DNA of 64,000 nt from Lingula anatina (taxonomy: Eukaryota > Animalia > Brachiopoda). Under the pieces are notes generated by a model. The model saw only the letters and a list, made by a program, of their open reading frames with translations, was not told the origin of the DNA and did no database searches. The translations under genes were made by a program, and so were the position numbers. The stretch covers positions 10,788,001-10,852,000 of the forward strand of contig CM120642.1 of NCBI GenBank assembly GCA_051362555.1, in the 5' to 3' direction. This document shows positions 36,750 to 50,111 of this stretch, piece by piece. How positions within the stretch are numbered: the first letter of the stretch is position 1; every line of letters begins with the position of its first letter.

Positions 36750-38446
36750 CCTTGGTATTCAAACCGAAGGAACAGATGAGTTCGTATATTCGGCTCCCCT
36801 CAGGTCCAGCTCAGTCAAACTATGAAATGATTATTGTTATATACCGCCCGTGACCACTGGGCCACGCGCGGTTGGTTTCTTAAACAACCTGCCAAATTAT
36901 TTTCGCATCTTCGTGTTGAAATTTACAAGTACAACTTATTACACCGCAAAACCTATCTTGTGAACGCTGGAGAGAGTTCATTAGTAAGATATCCAACTGC
37001 AATTTACAAGTGAACTTATTTTAATGAGAGGTTTGCTGTTGTTTATCACTGCACCCGATACACGACCCGGTTCACTGTGACCATGCCCTCTCTAATTATA
37101 TCATTAAAAAAGGGGAGATGAGACCACTTCAAGTCTTCAGGTATTTCACCTTAATTTATGTCTTTCACTTCAAATGTTTTTTTTTTTTTTTTTTGTTTTT
37201 GTTTTTTTGACAGTTTTTCTTCCACTTCTTTTTTGCTTCTATTCATAGAAAACTAAATAGGTAGTCCTACACGTTGACAGGATGTGGAAAATGATATGGT
37301 GATAAAAAAACTATTTTTTTTTTTCGTTTCGTTCTCCCCGCCTCTTCCCTCGATGTATATGGGTGGGTGGGTGGGTGGGGGCACGGAATGTCCTCGTGTT
37401 TATTTTATTTCCTTAATTTTTTACTCTGTTTATATATCGAGTGTTTCAATACACATATATTATATATCGCTGTTCATTTCTCCCATCACAGCTCATAGTA
37501 TGGTCTCAATGAATACGAAAGACTACAGCGACTTCGTTTTTTTTAATAGGCCTGCTGATTGGTTTGTGTTTCCTTATAATCGGTTTTTTTTTTACATAGG
37601 TTTGTTTTTGAATAATAAGCTCGTATATGTAGGTATTACTGTCCTGACCAGCGTGTCTACTAGAGATGAAAAAGGGGAAAATAAGAAGGACCACATTTTT
37701 TTTTTTTGTGAAAAGCCAAACAAAATGTTTTGATCATAATGAGACTTGTTTTAACTGTTCAATTTGTACAATAACTGAAAACGTACCTGTTAAGCTTTCA
37801 ACCCAGCTCTTGGGGACTTCATCAGTCCTTGGACAAAATAACGATGTCCAAGATCACTCGTACTTAAGTAAGGAGACAGTGTATAGTGAGCAGTCCAAGC
37901 GCATCTAAGTCGCACGGATAAAAGAGCAACATAAAAATAGAAAAAAATCTTACCAATCATTAGAGGCGCATTTTCAAAAAATAAATAAATAAATAAGATA
38001 AAACACAAAGTCACCGGCAGCTATAAACCACATCAGACGCTTAAGAAAACGCTGAGTCACGCTAAGGATAAAAAGGACAATAAGGACATCAGTGGTCCTA
38101 TGTATATGAAATTTCTTGCAAAATGCAGGAGGGCAGTGGTTTGCAACCAAATATACATCGGTGAGACTGGGAGCTCGAGGTCTTTAAAGGCTAGAGTGAA
38201 TGAACACCGAAGACCAAGACACATCAACGTTGATACCTTTTAACATACCACCACCAGTTGGGACAGTATGGAAGTCCTTAAATCGCGACGCCCTGTGGTT
38301 CAGCCGTAGGATGAAGAAGGCTATTTACATTCGGGCCCACAGACCATTACTGAGCGAGGACGGGGGAAGGCACAACCTGTCTCACGTCCGGCACAGTGTC
38401 ATAGTGAGAAGTTTTCACTTGTGTACGCTGACTCATAACTTCAGTA

Positions 38447-38553
38447 CTCTCTACAGATTGATTTTTCACAGATAAATAGACAGTCATATTGATCTGATGT
38501 CTATCGCCTCAGCAAAAAATGTCCACAATAATAACTGCGGCCCTGGTAGAGGG
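38447..38553. mobile_element. Second, internally deleted copy of the CCCTCTACCAGGGCC MITE (opposite orientation)
   Basis: TA|CTCTCTAC ... AATAACTGCGGCCCTGGTAGAGGG|TA matches the reverse complement of 33931-34073. Confidence 0.65.
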
Positions 38554-39040
38554 TATAACTTCTGTGAGTCTGATGAAGTCCCAAGTGTTGGCACGGAGGC
38601 TTGTACAGGTGAGCTTTCATTTTGTTTAGAAATTGAACAGTTGAAAAAATTCCTCAATATGAACACTAGTACTACACAGCTCAACTTCCATCAGAAAATA
38701 TTTTCATATTGACATGTGTACTGTTAAACTCGAATTACACCAATGAGAAAATAGAGCAGGTGAGATCACAAAATTGAGAAGAAGAAAGATATAGTAAACA
38801 AGTGTATTTCGCGGAAGATGTATAAAAAGATTTTTATTTTGTTTACATTGGTAGGCGTCCGCGATTGGACATAGAAAAACCACCCCCACACCCACCTATC
38901 AAAATGAGAAATCTGTAAATCTGTGTTTATCAATGCTTGGCTGTGTCAAATTTATCTCCTATCACTACTGCACTGAACTTTGAATAGGAAATGTGCACAC
39001 ACACAAAAAATTACATACTTTGACTGGGGCCCTTTTCTTT

Positions 39041-39058
39041 TTTATTTATTTATTTATT

Positions 39059-39112
<54 letters not shown>
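39041..39112. repeat. (TTTA)n/(TTA)n microsatellite
   Basis: Directly visible. Confidence 0.9.
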
Positions 39113-40594
39113 TTGTTAATTTATTTATTTATGTTTATTTTATTTTTTTGCAAACATCATATTAGTGATGTCGACCGAGACTCGGTTTAGGCATTCGATT
39201 ATTTTATTACAAAACTCAGATAAGTAGGTAAACGTTCAAAATTTAAGCTTTTGTATCCTTAACAAATTTCCAAGGTATATATATCTCGATATTTAAAGAG
39301 TGTCTCATAAAATGTAAACACTTTAATAAACAAGGAGTCGTAATGAACACTTCAAATAAAAACAACTACTAGTAATACCTCTTTCAATAGACGTAACAAA
39401 GTCGTTTTTAATACAATCAAATATATTTATTTAATCTTTTACTACGTAACACAATACTAAGATTAAGTACTTATATGAACATATGTATGATGAAATAATT
39501 TAAAGATGACATATATATTTTACGATATGCGAACGGGTTTGAAGATACTTGGGAGTCGGTGCCTTGAGCGCTGTTTGGGGGTCGAGGAAGTCTGTATTCT
39601 ATCATCTGGTTTCCTCTTCGTGATACGGGGTTGTCTGAAAATATGAGGAAAATTGGCATTCATTGTTGACAGATATTACTTGTAGAATCATTTGATGGGA
39701 TGAGGATTACACAGCTCCTCCATCTTAATATAACCTATAAACTGCTTTGAGTTTTTATTTTAAATGAGAGTTTTGATCAGAGTCGACAGTCAGTTCAAAG
39801 AGGTCTAAACACGCTATGTCGAAATGAAGTTTTTTTAGTTTTAACTGTTATCTCCTAAAAATGCCAATAAATCGGCTTTCGTCTGCTCACTTGTTTACTG
39901 CTCTAGGTCTTTTTTCTCTTTCAATTCATCTTGACAAACTTTTAATATATGATCATTTCATTCAACGAGACTCCCACCACTATACAGCCTCTCAGTCAGA
40001 TGTGTCCCAATGTCGTGGTTTTTGATGTCAAACGGAGTATTGTAAATTTGTTCAAGGTTTTTTATAAGATCACAAGACGACTTGTTTAAGTGACATTTAT
40101 AGTATGGAATATTTTCCATAATTCTTAAATGAAGTCATCATCTGGATAGAGGTAGCAACAGTTTATAAAGAGAGCATAATCTTGACGCCTTCGTAAGTCC
40201 AAGCTGGTTTAGTTTAATTGAACAAGCATTTCTCTGTTGAATGGCTGTAAAAAAGCTGTAAAGTCATAATAATCACGTACTTAAGGAAAGGCAATACCAA
40301 ATGTAATTCCACTGAAGTATACTGGAAGAATTTTGAGAAATAAAAATTAAGAGTTCTGGCCCATTGAATTAAAACACTATAAAGAGGGCTCTGGAATAGC
40401 ATATAAAATTTGTGTAAAAATATTTCTCCGAGTTGTCAAAGCCTTCGGTCATGCTAGCCTTGCGAAGGGACTGATCATATCTAAAATAAATTTGTGTGGG
40501 GAATCAAGGGCAAGATATTTTTTCATTTATCATCAACTTTCAAACTCTCTTTCACAAATACTACGTGCATTGTATACCTTAAATAAGATCTCAC

Positions 40595-41314
40595 CTATCC
40601 GTAGTAAGGACCGACCCCATAGGCCCCTGCACCCCCGCCGTACCCCAAGCCTTGAGTCAACGCTCCATACTGGCCTACAGCAGCACCGTATCTTGTGCCG
40701 TATCCGCCTGTCCCTGCGCCGTAACCACCGTTATAACCCTGGCGGTATAGACCCTCCTTGGCGGCGTTCCCGTACCCAGCTTGGTTTCCAACCGCACCAT
40801 AGTTTCCGCTGGCCCCTTCGTCACTGAAACCGCCCTCTTGTTTGACGGCATTGTACGTCTTGCTCACCGCGGAGTAGGAATTATAGCCGTTGCTTGCACG
40901 ATTCCCAAAGCCACCGTAGTTCTGACCAAATCCGTTGTACGCTTTGTTGGCGCCTTGACCAAATCCACCATACCCGGCAGCGTTTCCGTACCCTTGGTTT
41001 GTCCCATATTGGCCGACATCTCTGTACACACCCTGTCCAGCACCGTACCCTGTATAGCGTCCACCCCCTAGATATCCCCTACCGTAGCCGGCGTCATATA
41101 CACCGTAGGGAGCGTAGCCATATGGACCATTAGCATAGTAGGGTGCACCACCGTAGGGGGGTGGGGGGTAACCGTACGCAGCTGGCGGTGGGTAATAATA
41201 GCCCGGGGTGGTGTAACCTCCGTAATTCTGAGCATAGCCAAAGTCCACCCATAGAAACAACAATAACAACACCGCCGTTGTTCCTCGGACAGTAAAAAGG
41301 GTGTTTATTTCCAT
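40595..41314 (-). CDS. Secreted Gly/Tyr-rich protein with AVSKT core (239 aa), cluster gene 11
   Basis: ATG at 41314 (MEINTLFTVRGTTAVLLLLFLWVDFGYA|Q). Core GYNSYSAVSKTYNAVKQ. Confidence 0.9.
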   Translation of the reverse strand: MEINTLFTVRGTTAVLLLLFLWVDFGYAQNYGGYTTPGYYYPPPAAYGYPPPPYGGAPYYANGPYGYAPYGVYDAGYGRGYLGGGRYTGYGAGQGVYRDVGQYGTNQGYGNAAGYGGFGQGANKAYNGFGQNYGGFGNRASNGYNSYSAVSKTYNAVKQEGGFSDEGASGNYGAVGNQAGYGNAAKEGLYRQGYNGGYGAGTGGYGTRYGAAVGQYGALTQGLGYGGGAGAYGVGPYYG

Positions 41315-43024
41315 GTGTCTGTTTGTGTCACGGTTGTCAGACCTTGTAAAACCTACGTCTCGTTCCACACGTAGCTGTACCAGGCTCGCCTCGTGGATGT
41401 CGTAACTGAACTGAATTATCAAGAGCTGGTCAGCCTTTTATCGACCCATAAAGAAGAAGTAGAACTTATTTGAATTGAAGATCGACCTTTAATTAACATC
41501 TGCAATATATAGTCTATATTTTGGGCAATGTCCCCCTGAGTCATTTCCCCGTACTGTGGTTGCGTGGAAGAGCGATTTGTGGCGGCGAGATCATTAGCCA
41601 ACTGATAACATGGAGGATGCTATATTTATGAAAATAAGGTAAACGGTAACAAGTCCCATATAGTGTAATCAGAGAAGACATTAATAATTGTTAGGAAAGG
41701 AAAGTGGAGGAGAGTGTTCCATACAGAAATAAAAGCAAAAATGCTTATATAACACTTGTTATTTCGAATGGACACTGCTACAGCGTGTGTACCTATTAAA
41801 AATCATAACATATCATTCTTTATTAAAAGAATTAAAATTCAATTTTGCAGCTTTTAAGAATGTATTTACACCTCTTTATAAATTACGACTGTTTTCAGTC
41901 CATTCGCCGGTGATTAATACAGCTTGCTTACACCATTATCATTTTTAAAAACATGTTAAGTGTGCTAAAAGGTTTTGAAGACAGCCGTGGACATCTATCA
42001 TATCCGTTCAAATTACGAAGGCAGAAACGTGGTTAATTCGAGGCCATTTTTCGTCATTTGTTTCTAATTTCAGTGCTAGCTTACGTTTTAAGAAAACTAG
42101 GACACAGTGTGTTCACGTCAATGGAATCTTTGTGATCCACTCCAAATCAAAAAGTATATTTGATTAATTTAGAGCTATACTTATTATTCAATTTAACAAA
42201 CAATATTTCAGTGGACGAAAAAGATTCAGAAAAACAAATGTATTTTATTCATTTGATAAATTTTCACAACCAATCCTTTATTATAATTAATTCTTAAAGG
42301 TGACCTCGCTTAATTTAACAACAAATACAAATCTCATAATAATCAATCCTAATTGGTAATTTTTATAATATTTCTAAATATTTCTAGAATCACATTAACA
42401 TGTATCGTGTTTATAATCAATCAAAAAGTTCTCATCAATGGTTCAAATAAACCGCTCCGTGTCTGTGCAGATTGATTGAGCACCAATAAAGACAACAAAA
42501 CTACTTCAAGATAAGCCTTTCCAAGGTGACTCCACCTGGTGGTCAAATTCGAAGAAATCCATGTCTAGCGGGAGTCTTGATGTTGACGGTCATCTTCTAG
42601 TAATGCCCCCAGGGAATCTGTTTATTTTCCTGAAACACAATAGAAGTTACAAATATGGAACATGTTTTTCTGTTGTCGTTTTTAAATACATTAACGTAGC
42701 AATCCATCCCCACAAAGTTATGATACAGTTGTTGTTGTTGTTGTTATGTAAGATTGGCCACATCGACATTCAGAATTTTGTAAGCCTTTAAGTTCACTGT
42801 ACACCGAACACCTTTGTCCATTTAGTCTAACATATGGATCACATAATTTCAAAGTCTTGTATTCTGCAATTTATCAAATCATATTTCTCTGAAATAGCCG
42901 ATAAATGTCCCATATTGTGAAGGGGTCGTATTCTCAAATATAGGCTGTGAGCTACAACCGAACTTGATGGCAATCTACCAATTCTTTACCATCACGTTGT
43001 ATGTGTTAACTTACCTCTGTCCTG

Positions 43025-43666
43025 TTAACCGATCGCAGCTTGACCACCTCGGAAGCCAATGTTTTGGCTGTTGAGACTGGTGCCGCTTCCTACACCCTGA
43101 CTACCAAACTGTCCTGTCTGTCCACCGGCTGCCGCTTGGTTAGCTACGTTGGCAGCTCTGGAGAGCTGCCGCCCAAATTGTTGGTTGCCGGCATTGGCAA
43201 AGACTCCATTTCCGCCTTGGTTTCCAAATCCGCCACGGTGACCAACCTGGCCATATTGTTGATTTTTGGAACTGTTTCCGAACCCAGCGTCACTTTTCAC
43301 AGAGTTATAAGTGGAACTGACCGCTTTGAAGTTTCTGTATCCGTTAGCGTTCTGCCTAGCCGCCCCACCAAAACCACCGTTAAGCCTAGCAAAACCGCCG
43401 TTGAAACCTCTTCCAAATGTGCCCAGAGTGCCGAAACCTCTGAACCCATTGTTGTTGTTGAAACCGAAGTTGTTGTTCACGAAACCCCGCCCCTGTTGCC
43501 GCGCCGCCTGTCCGCCCTGAAACCTTTGTCCCAGAAGAGCGGCAAGTCTCTGTAAAGCCGATGATTGAAACGACGGCTGAGCTCTAAATAATACCTGGCA
43601 GTCTGATACAGCGACCAGAGCTCCAACTAACACCACTGAACAGGCTAGTCTCCAGTCATTGAACAT
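43025..43666 (-). CDS. Secreted Gly/Phe/Arg/Gln-rich protein with divergent AVSKT core (213 aa), cluster gene 12
   Basis: Signal peptide MFNDWRLACSVVLVGALVAVSDC|Q and core GYRNFKAVSSTYNSVKS. TATAAA at 43753-43758. Confidence 0.88.
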   Translation of the reverse strand: MFNDWRLACSVVLVGALVAVSDCQVLFRAQPSFQSSALQRLAALLGQRFQGGQAARQQGRGFVNNNFGFNNNNGFRGFGTLGTFGRGFNGGFARLNGGFGGAARQNANGYRNFKAVSSTYNSVKSDAGFGNSSKNQQYGQVGHRGGFGNQGGNGVFANAGNQQFGRQLSRAANVANQAAAGGQTGQFGSQGVGSGTSLNSQNIGFRGGQAAIG

Positions 43667-44895
43667 CGTGTTTGGTGAGTTGGAACCCTGCTTCTAAGTT
43701 ACCAGATATGGATCCGATCTTTCAATGAATGAGCACAAATTTGGAGAGCTAATTTATAGGTGGAAATGTTACGTGCCGTTGCATGATTCGCACTGATTCT
43801 TCCCCCGATATGACAGCCTATCTTCTGATCTCAGCGAAACCTGCTTAGCTTGCCGTCTTGCACTACAGCTTTGCCCTTTTTAGGGGGTCATGAATGTAAA
43901 TTTGTTTAAGGAAACAGAAAACTGCTTTTGTTCGACAATTTCTTTACAATATTCACTTTAATTCAAACGGATTTACAGCCTTTTGTTGCACTACATTAAA
44001 ACTGTCACTTTTGTCTTGGACACGAACCCGAACCGGTTTAGGTCTCAATAACATGGACACACGACCAAATTAAATCACTAGGGTTTTAGTTAACTATGTC
44101 CTTTGGTAGGTGGTCGTAGACCAAAATCCCAGGATCTATGTCCTATTGTATTGCTTGCTGTTATCATGGGTTCTGTAAATTAAATAAAATATATTTTAAA
44201 GGAATTAGGGTTTTTTCTCATCTTGTTGTTGTTATTCATACAGTTTATTATCAAATAATGCCAGAGAATCACGGAGGGATTTAACCCCCTCCCCCAAGAA
44301 AAAATATCTGGTAATTTGAAAAACGAGAAAAAAATCAAGCATTTTTTTCTTGATCAACATATCCTACTGGAATTTTCGATGGCTACTGTTTTATATTTCC
44401 CCATTTTTATTTGACTTTGATTAGTCTTTTCATATCTACTGGTAAAGGTCGGGTAAATTCGTCATTTTGAAGTACCCATTTAGGCAGGAGCATTTTCATC
44501 CTTGTTTGAATATCGTGGTTATTTTCAGTTTGGTTGAGATAAAGGACGGAAATATAAAGTTTTTTTATAGATCAGTATGGCATTTTCTTAATTCACCATA
44601 GTAAGATTTGTTCTACGTATCTTTGAAGTGCAAATTCAAACTTACTTTTGATACAGAATACTTGCCAACACTACATGCAGGGATAAGTACTAAACGAATT
44701 TGATTTCAGTAATGTTTACAATGAGAAAGAGAGACCATGTAGATTTGCAGTAATATAAATAAACAGATGACAGAGATTTTTTCGGGCAACAAAGATACGA
44801 ATCAAGAGTGCGCGCGAGTTGGCTGACTGTTACAATCACTGAATGTGTGGTTCGTTGGAGGTGAAGCTGAGGTCAAGTTAAGCTGAAAAAGTTGA

Positions 44896-44897
<2 letters not shown>

Positions 44898-44968
<71 letters not shown>
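44898..44968. repeat. (TA)n microsatellite
   Basis: Directly visible. Confidence 0.95.
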
Positions 44969-44970
<2 letters not shown>

Positions 44971-46837
44971 CTTAGTGGTATTATCTCTCAATCAAGTCCA
45001 GATTACAAACGTTCTATTTCATTAAGACTGTAGAATCACACAATTTTGCATTGGTTGAGGTAAAACCGATTAAATGTTTATAATATTTCACCCAGGGAAC
45101 AATAATGCCGGTCGTCCAAGAAAAAAGAAAAGATTAATTTTACAAAGTTGTTTGTATAATATTATTTAGAACTTCACAAGACATGTCAACTAGGAAGGCA
45201 GCCGGTAAAATAGAGCATAGGCCTCCGATCCGTGGTCGCACACGTCAATTTAGATTACACTATATTTAGGAAACGCGTGATAAAAAGAACAGGTAGCTAT
45301 CTACAGTGTGCCGCATCGTTAAATCTGATAATTTACTGCTAAGATATAATATAGTAATTTTTATCGGGCAGACAAATTACAGGCAAATTATAGAGCCAAG
45401 TGGCAGGTTCGTAAAACGGCGTTCTTATTGGTTCCTTTTGATAACGTTTGAACCAACAGCTCCTTGCGTTGGTCGTGACTTGCTCAAATAATTGTTGCCT
45501 CGTGATCTGTGATACGAAAAAATATTTCCGGGTAAGTTTCCTCAAAATTTTGAATTAAAAATATTTAGTCGATTCTCAATTAAACAGTTGCCAGGATACA
45601 TTTTTAATTCCGTACCAGACGTCTCAACAACTAACAACATTTCCTTCCATATTAGTCTTCTCCGTTGTTTTATTCCTTATATCTATGTAGAATTTAAACG
45701 GCTATCATTTTTAAGGCATGAGACAAAGCAGCCTTGTTAAAATTTCCGTCAAATCAATTTTTTCTCAAAATTTTTTAAAATCGCATATAGGTTTGAATTT
45801 CTGCACAAATTTATAACAAAAATCTGGTGCGTCATCCCCCTTAACGTTATAGTGAAGACAAGGTTTTAAATATACTTGGTCAGTAATTAATAATGTAATA
45901 ATTAATTATAGAGATCTTCAATGTACAGATGACCACGCCCAACAAGACAGAGGGTCTACAAATGAACAGTTACATATGTTATATCCAGCAAAGTTATAGT
46001 TATAATTGTATATCATTTACAGTTAAACCAAAGCTAAACCAAAGCCTGATGGAAATACAAATATCGACCACCCGTATTATTGCTACACAACAACAGAACA
46101 TAAAGTGAAACTCAAATACAACATTCACAGCCCCTATAAAAACTACTGGGGAAACGACGTTTGTCCGTTACCTTGTAAACACCTTAAATCAATTCATAAA
46201 GATTTGGTTATAGGAGAGTGGAGACCGTTATGGATTGCATGTAATATTTTTTTAAAAATCGGGTAGTGTTCAACGTCTGTTAATCTTAAGCGTTTTCTAA
46301 AGCTAAATCAATCACCGGTGGCTAGCAGTTGCCGACTTAAGTAAGTACCTAAAAGTTAGAAAGCGTTTACCATATGCGACAGCGAGAGTAAAAGCAGATG
46401 AGGGTATTGCAAGGTCCATTGTCAAATAATTTAGTTGCGCTCCGTTTGTTGTCTTTTCTTTTGAAATTTTTGTCGGAAGATGTTACTCTTGCTTTTAAAA
46501 TACTTCTGGGAATATATTTCTCTTGATCGTGAAATATCCTACCATTTTTATCCAAACGAAAGTCTTAATGAGTGCATTGATTTTTTTAAATTTGCTTTAA
46601 GCGGAGTAGGTCATAAATGATTATACACTAGGGCATATCAGGAAGGAATTTAACTTGTAAAACATTGTGGTTGGATGTTATCATGTCACATAATATCACC
46701 ACAACTAACAGTTAACTCCATACATATTAATTTGATCTGAAAGAAGTCACAGTATAAAAACCGCGGAATTTCTTATTCCGCCACAAAACGAGAAGTTTGC
46801 GTAACAAGTTGAGGCGTAGTCAAGCCACAACTACCCC

Positions 46838-47497
46838 ATGGCTGCTCGGTGCTTTCTTGCTGCTGTGGTCGTTGCGCTAGTGGGAGTTTCCTCTGCGCAA
46901 TTTGGAATAGGGGGTCCAATTCCCATTTTCGTCCGAAGTCCTAGTGGTCAGGTGATTCTGCTGGGTTATGTGAACTCTAACCGACAGAACCAGGGGTTCG
47001 GAGCCCAGGGCGCGTTCGGTTCTGGACAGGGTCTTCTAAGCGGGCAGCAGGGTTTTGCCAACAACCAAAGATTCCAGGGTTTTGGGGGTCTTGGAAATTA
47101 CGCAAATGCTGCATCCTCGGGTTTTGGGGGTTTTGGCCGGAACGCAGGAGGATTCGGACAACAAAGCAACAACGGATACCAGAACTTCAACGCAGTCAGC
47201 AAGACTTTTAACTCAGTGAGTGCTAACGGAGGGGTATCCAGCGACGCGGGCATTGGTATTAAATCCGGTCTGTACAATAACGCCGGGTTCGGCACACGGA
47301 GAGGAAATGGCTTGTATAATCAGTTTGGTGGAGGTTCGGCTGGTCAAGCTGGCGGGCAAGTTAGGCGGGTGGCCGGAGGTGGACAAAACACTGGCTTTCA
47401 GACCAGTGCTGGACAAGCTGCAGGGCTTGGTAACAACGCTGCGCTGCAGAGAGGAGTTGGATTTAACGGCGGAGCCGCTCAGGGCTTTGTCGGGTAG
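46838..47497 (+). CDS. Secreted Gly/Phe/Gln-rich protein with AVSKT core (219 aa), cluster gene 13
   Basis: Signal peptide MAARCFLAAVVVALVGVSSA|Q and core GYQNFNAVSKTFNSVSA. TATAAAAA at 46753. Divergently oriented to gene 12. Confidence 0.88.
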   Translation: MAARCFLAAVVVALVGVSSAQFGIGGPIPIFVRSPSGQVILLGYVNSNRQNQGFGAQGAFGSGQGLLSGQQGFANNQRFQGFGGLGNYANAASSGFGGFGRNAGGFGQQSNNGYQNFNAVSKTFNSVSANGGVSSDAGIGIKSGLYNNAGFGTRRGNGLYNQFGGGSAGQAGGQVRRVAGGGQNTGFQTSAGQAAGLGNNAALQRGVGFNGGAAQGFVG

Positions 47498-47738
47498 TGG
47501 TAAGTATAATTATTAATATGTTAACAGGTTTTGAAAGTGTTCGAAATTTAAAATGTTCGTCGTCAGTTCAACAATTAATCTGTTTATTTGATATTTTGCC
47601 CTTGTAAACTTTTTATTCGGTGCGTCGTATAGGGTATCTTATGTGTGAAAAAAAGAAATTTTCACAGCTTAAAAGTTTTATGAGACAAAACGCTGAGAGT
47701 ACATTTGGACAACATCAGGCTGCCAGATATCTATCTAT

Positions 47739-47784
<46 letters not shown>

Positions 47785-49823
47785 TATTTATTTTTTTTGC
47801 TAACTGAATGTTTCTCTTATATGCACCTGCGATTGGACCTTCAGCACCCCCGTCCCCTGTGACACTGTGAGCATGCACCAAAGTAAAGTGGAGAACACTG
47901 TTTTATTATATAATCTTATGAAAATATTGGATATTAAACTTGCATACGTATTACTCATTTAGTATTGTAGCATGCATTCGTCTCTTTCAGAGTGATGGTA
48001 TATAGAAGACGAAGCACTCTCCAGGAGGCCATTACTAGAAGTCCAACTGTGCATCGACTCCCGCGTGACAATCTCGACTTCGAATGTGGCTGCCGGATGG
48101 AGGCACCTAACCCTTATAATACCTCAAGACATAATACATGTTTATAAACGCTTTGAATGTATAGACTGCCGTATCCTGAATATTGTATTCCTATTTCAAA
48201 TAAAAGAATATCCTCAAAATATTTTCAACATTCCTCTGTCTGTTTAATTTTAAAATGGGTAAATGACGCGACATAAAAAGAACTATAGTTGACATATGTA
48301 TATATGAACCAAAATTATCCCCTGTGGCCGAATGGATATAGAAAATGTTGCCTTTTTATCTTGAGAATGGTTTCATGTCTCTTCGATTTAAATTTCGTTC
48401 TCCTGTTGTCTTTTCTGATTTAGAGATCCTTGCCCCTGCCTTATTGGGCTGTATATTATTAACAGTGTTAACGGAGAGTCGAGTTTGGTTGTTCCAAGTA
48501 AGCTTATTCTTTAATATTCTAATTGAATGCCATCAAATTATCCTAATTATCATAAAATGACAGGATGGCATGCTACAGTTGCGACACAACTACCGCAACT
48601 AGTGCAAATCAGCAGCCTTGTTCATTGTGATGGCCATCATAGAGACACGCCTAACGCAATGTTAGCTGCGCTCTTTTTTAAAGAAATTAAAATTTTTTTA
48701 ATCTTCAGAATTGGCACTGTTCAAATGTGAATATCTCCACAAAAAGATAACATTGTATAAGAAAAAAATGTATGGTAGATCCACTTTCTGAATGTTTCGG
48801 TTATCAATTTAATACGCATATCAAATATTGTAATGAATACGAAATTGTTCTGAACTGAGCAGTTGGAGAAAAACTTCCACAAGTACCGTTTTTTTATATA
48901 TTCTTTTATCTTGCACAGGTTTGATATTGTGAATGACTTTTCTCATTTAAAAGGATATAAAACGTGTTCAAAGCGGTCAAAAACATCAAGACAATCATAC
49001 CGATGTGTATTTAAAAAGCTGGTGCGTCAAAAGAAAATGATTTTTTTTTAAATTTAGGGTTTTTCACACTTCAGCAAGGTAATTAAAATTGCATACGTGA
49101 ACACTGAATAGTATATATATATATATATAAGTGGTTAAGTTAACCGATTTATTATTTGTATTCTACAGTTTACGCCACACAGTTGCAGTTTATGTGTCTA
49201 ATATCGCATTTCGTAATATTAAGTCATGTGTTAATGGCTGTAGAAAAAGTTGTCCATTCATGCAATCTTTGGAATACAGAAATCACTGTGCTGGGAGGAC
49301 GTGGAGAGGCTCGTAAGCAGAAAGGCTTTCGTGTTCAGCATGGCAAATGGTCGATGCGCACTCTTTGATCAGCGAACTTCAGTTGTGGCGTTAATCGAAC
49401 TTTCTAAGACAGGCATACAATTTTCACTCCTGAAAAGAAAAGCGTGTACAGTTGAGCATGATAAATAAAACCTGGAACTGAATCAATATTTCATGGTTTC
49501 AATATATGTTTATCGAGTTTCGAAAGTTGTTAAAACAGATTTATTATTGCATCTAGAGAAGCTGAAATGTAAAATCATATGATGGCCTGAGGTATCCGCT
49601 CATATAGCTAACTTCTAGAGACTTCCAAAATTCTGATTTTCCAGATAATCTTTTCTTAAACTTTCTTTAGTGAAAAAAAACTTTTGATCTTCGGCGGCAT
49701 TATGTAAGCCTTATTCTAGAATCTGCACTTACATAGCCACATGACTATCTAGATTATGGTCAACGATAAGCTATCGGGTTTAAGAGGGCACCTTGCAAAC
49801 ATCTGCTCACCTTGAAAAATGTG

Positions 49824-50111
49824 TTACCAGAATACCACACCACCAGCACTTCCAGAGAAAGGTATCTGAAAGCCCGTATTTCTGTAGTAAGGGTTAAAAG
49901 TCTGCCCGAAACTGTAGCTCGGCTGACGGAATAATTGTTGATACCCGTAGCTCGGTCGACGGAATATTTGTTGATAACTAGGGTTCGTAATCCGAACACC
50001 GCCGGGGAAAGGGTAGTTGCCTTGCCCTATAGCACCCTCTGTCTGCTTCATGTTTGCCACAAGAAACAAAACAACAAGACATACGAATGCGGCATTGACA
50101 GTCTTCTTCAT
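49824..50111 (-). CDS. Small secreted Tyr/Phe/Gln/Arg-rich protein (95 aa), cluster gene 14
   Basis: ATG at 50111 (MKKTVNAAFVCLVVLFLVANMKQTEG signal). Internal repeat PSY(GY)QQ(I/L)FR. TATAAA at 50194-50199. Confidence 0.75.
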   Translation of the reverse strand: MKKTVNAAFVCLVVLFLVANMKQTEGAIGQGNYPFPGGVRITNPSYQQIFRRPSYGYQQLFRQPSYSFGQTFNPYYRNTGFQIPFSGSAGGVVFW

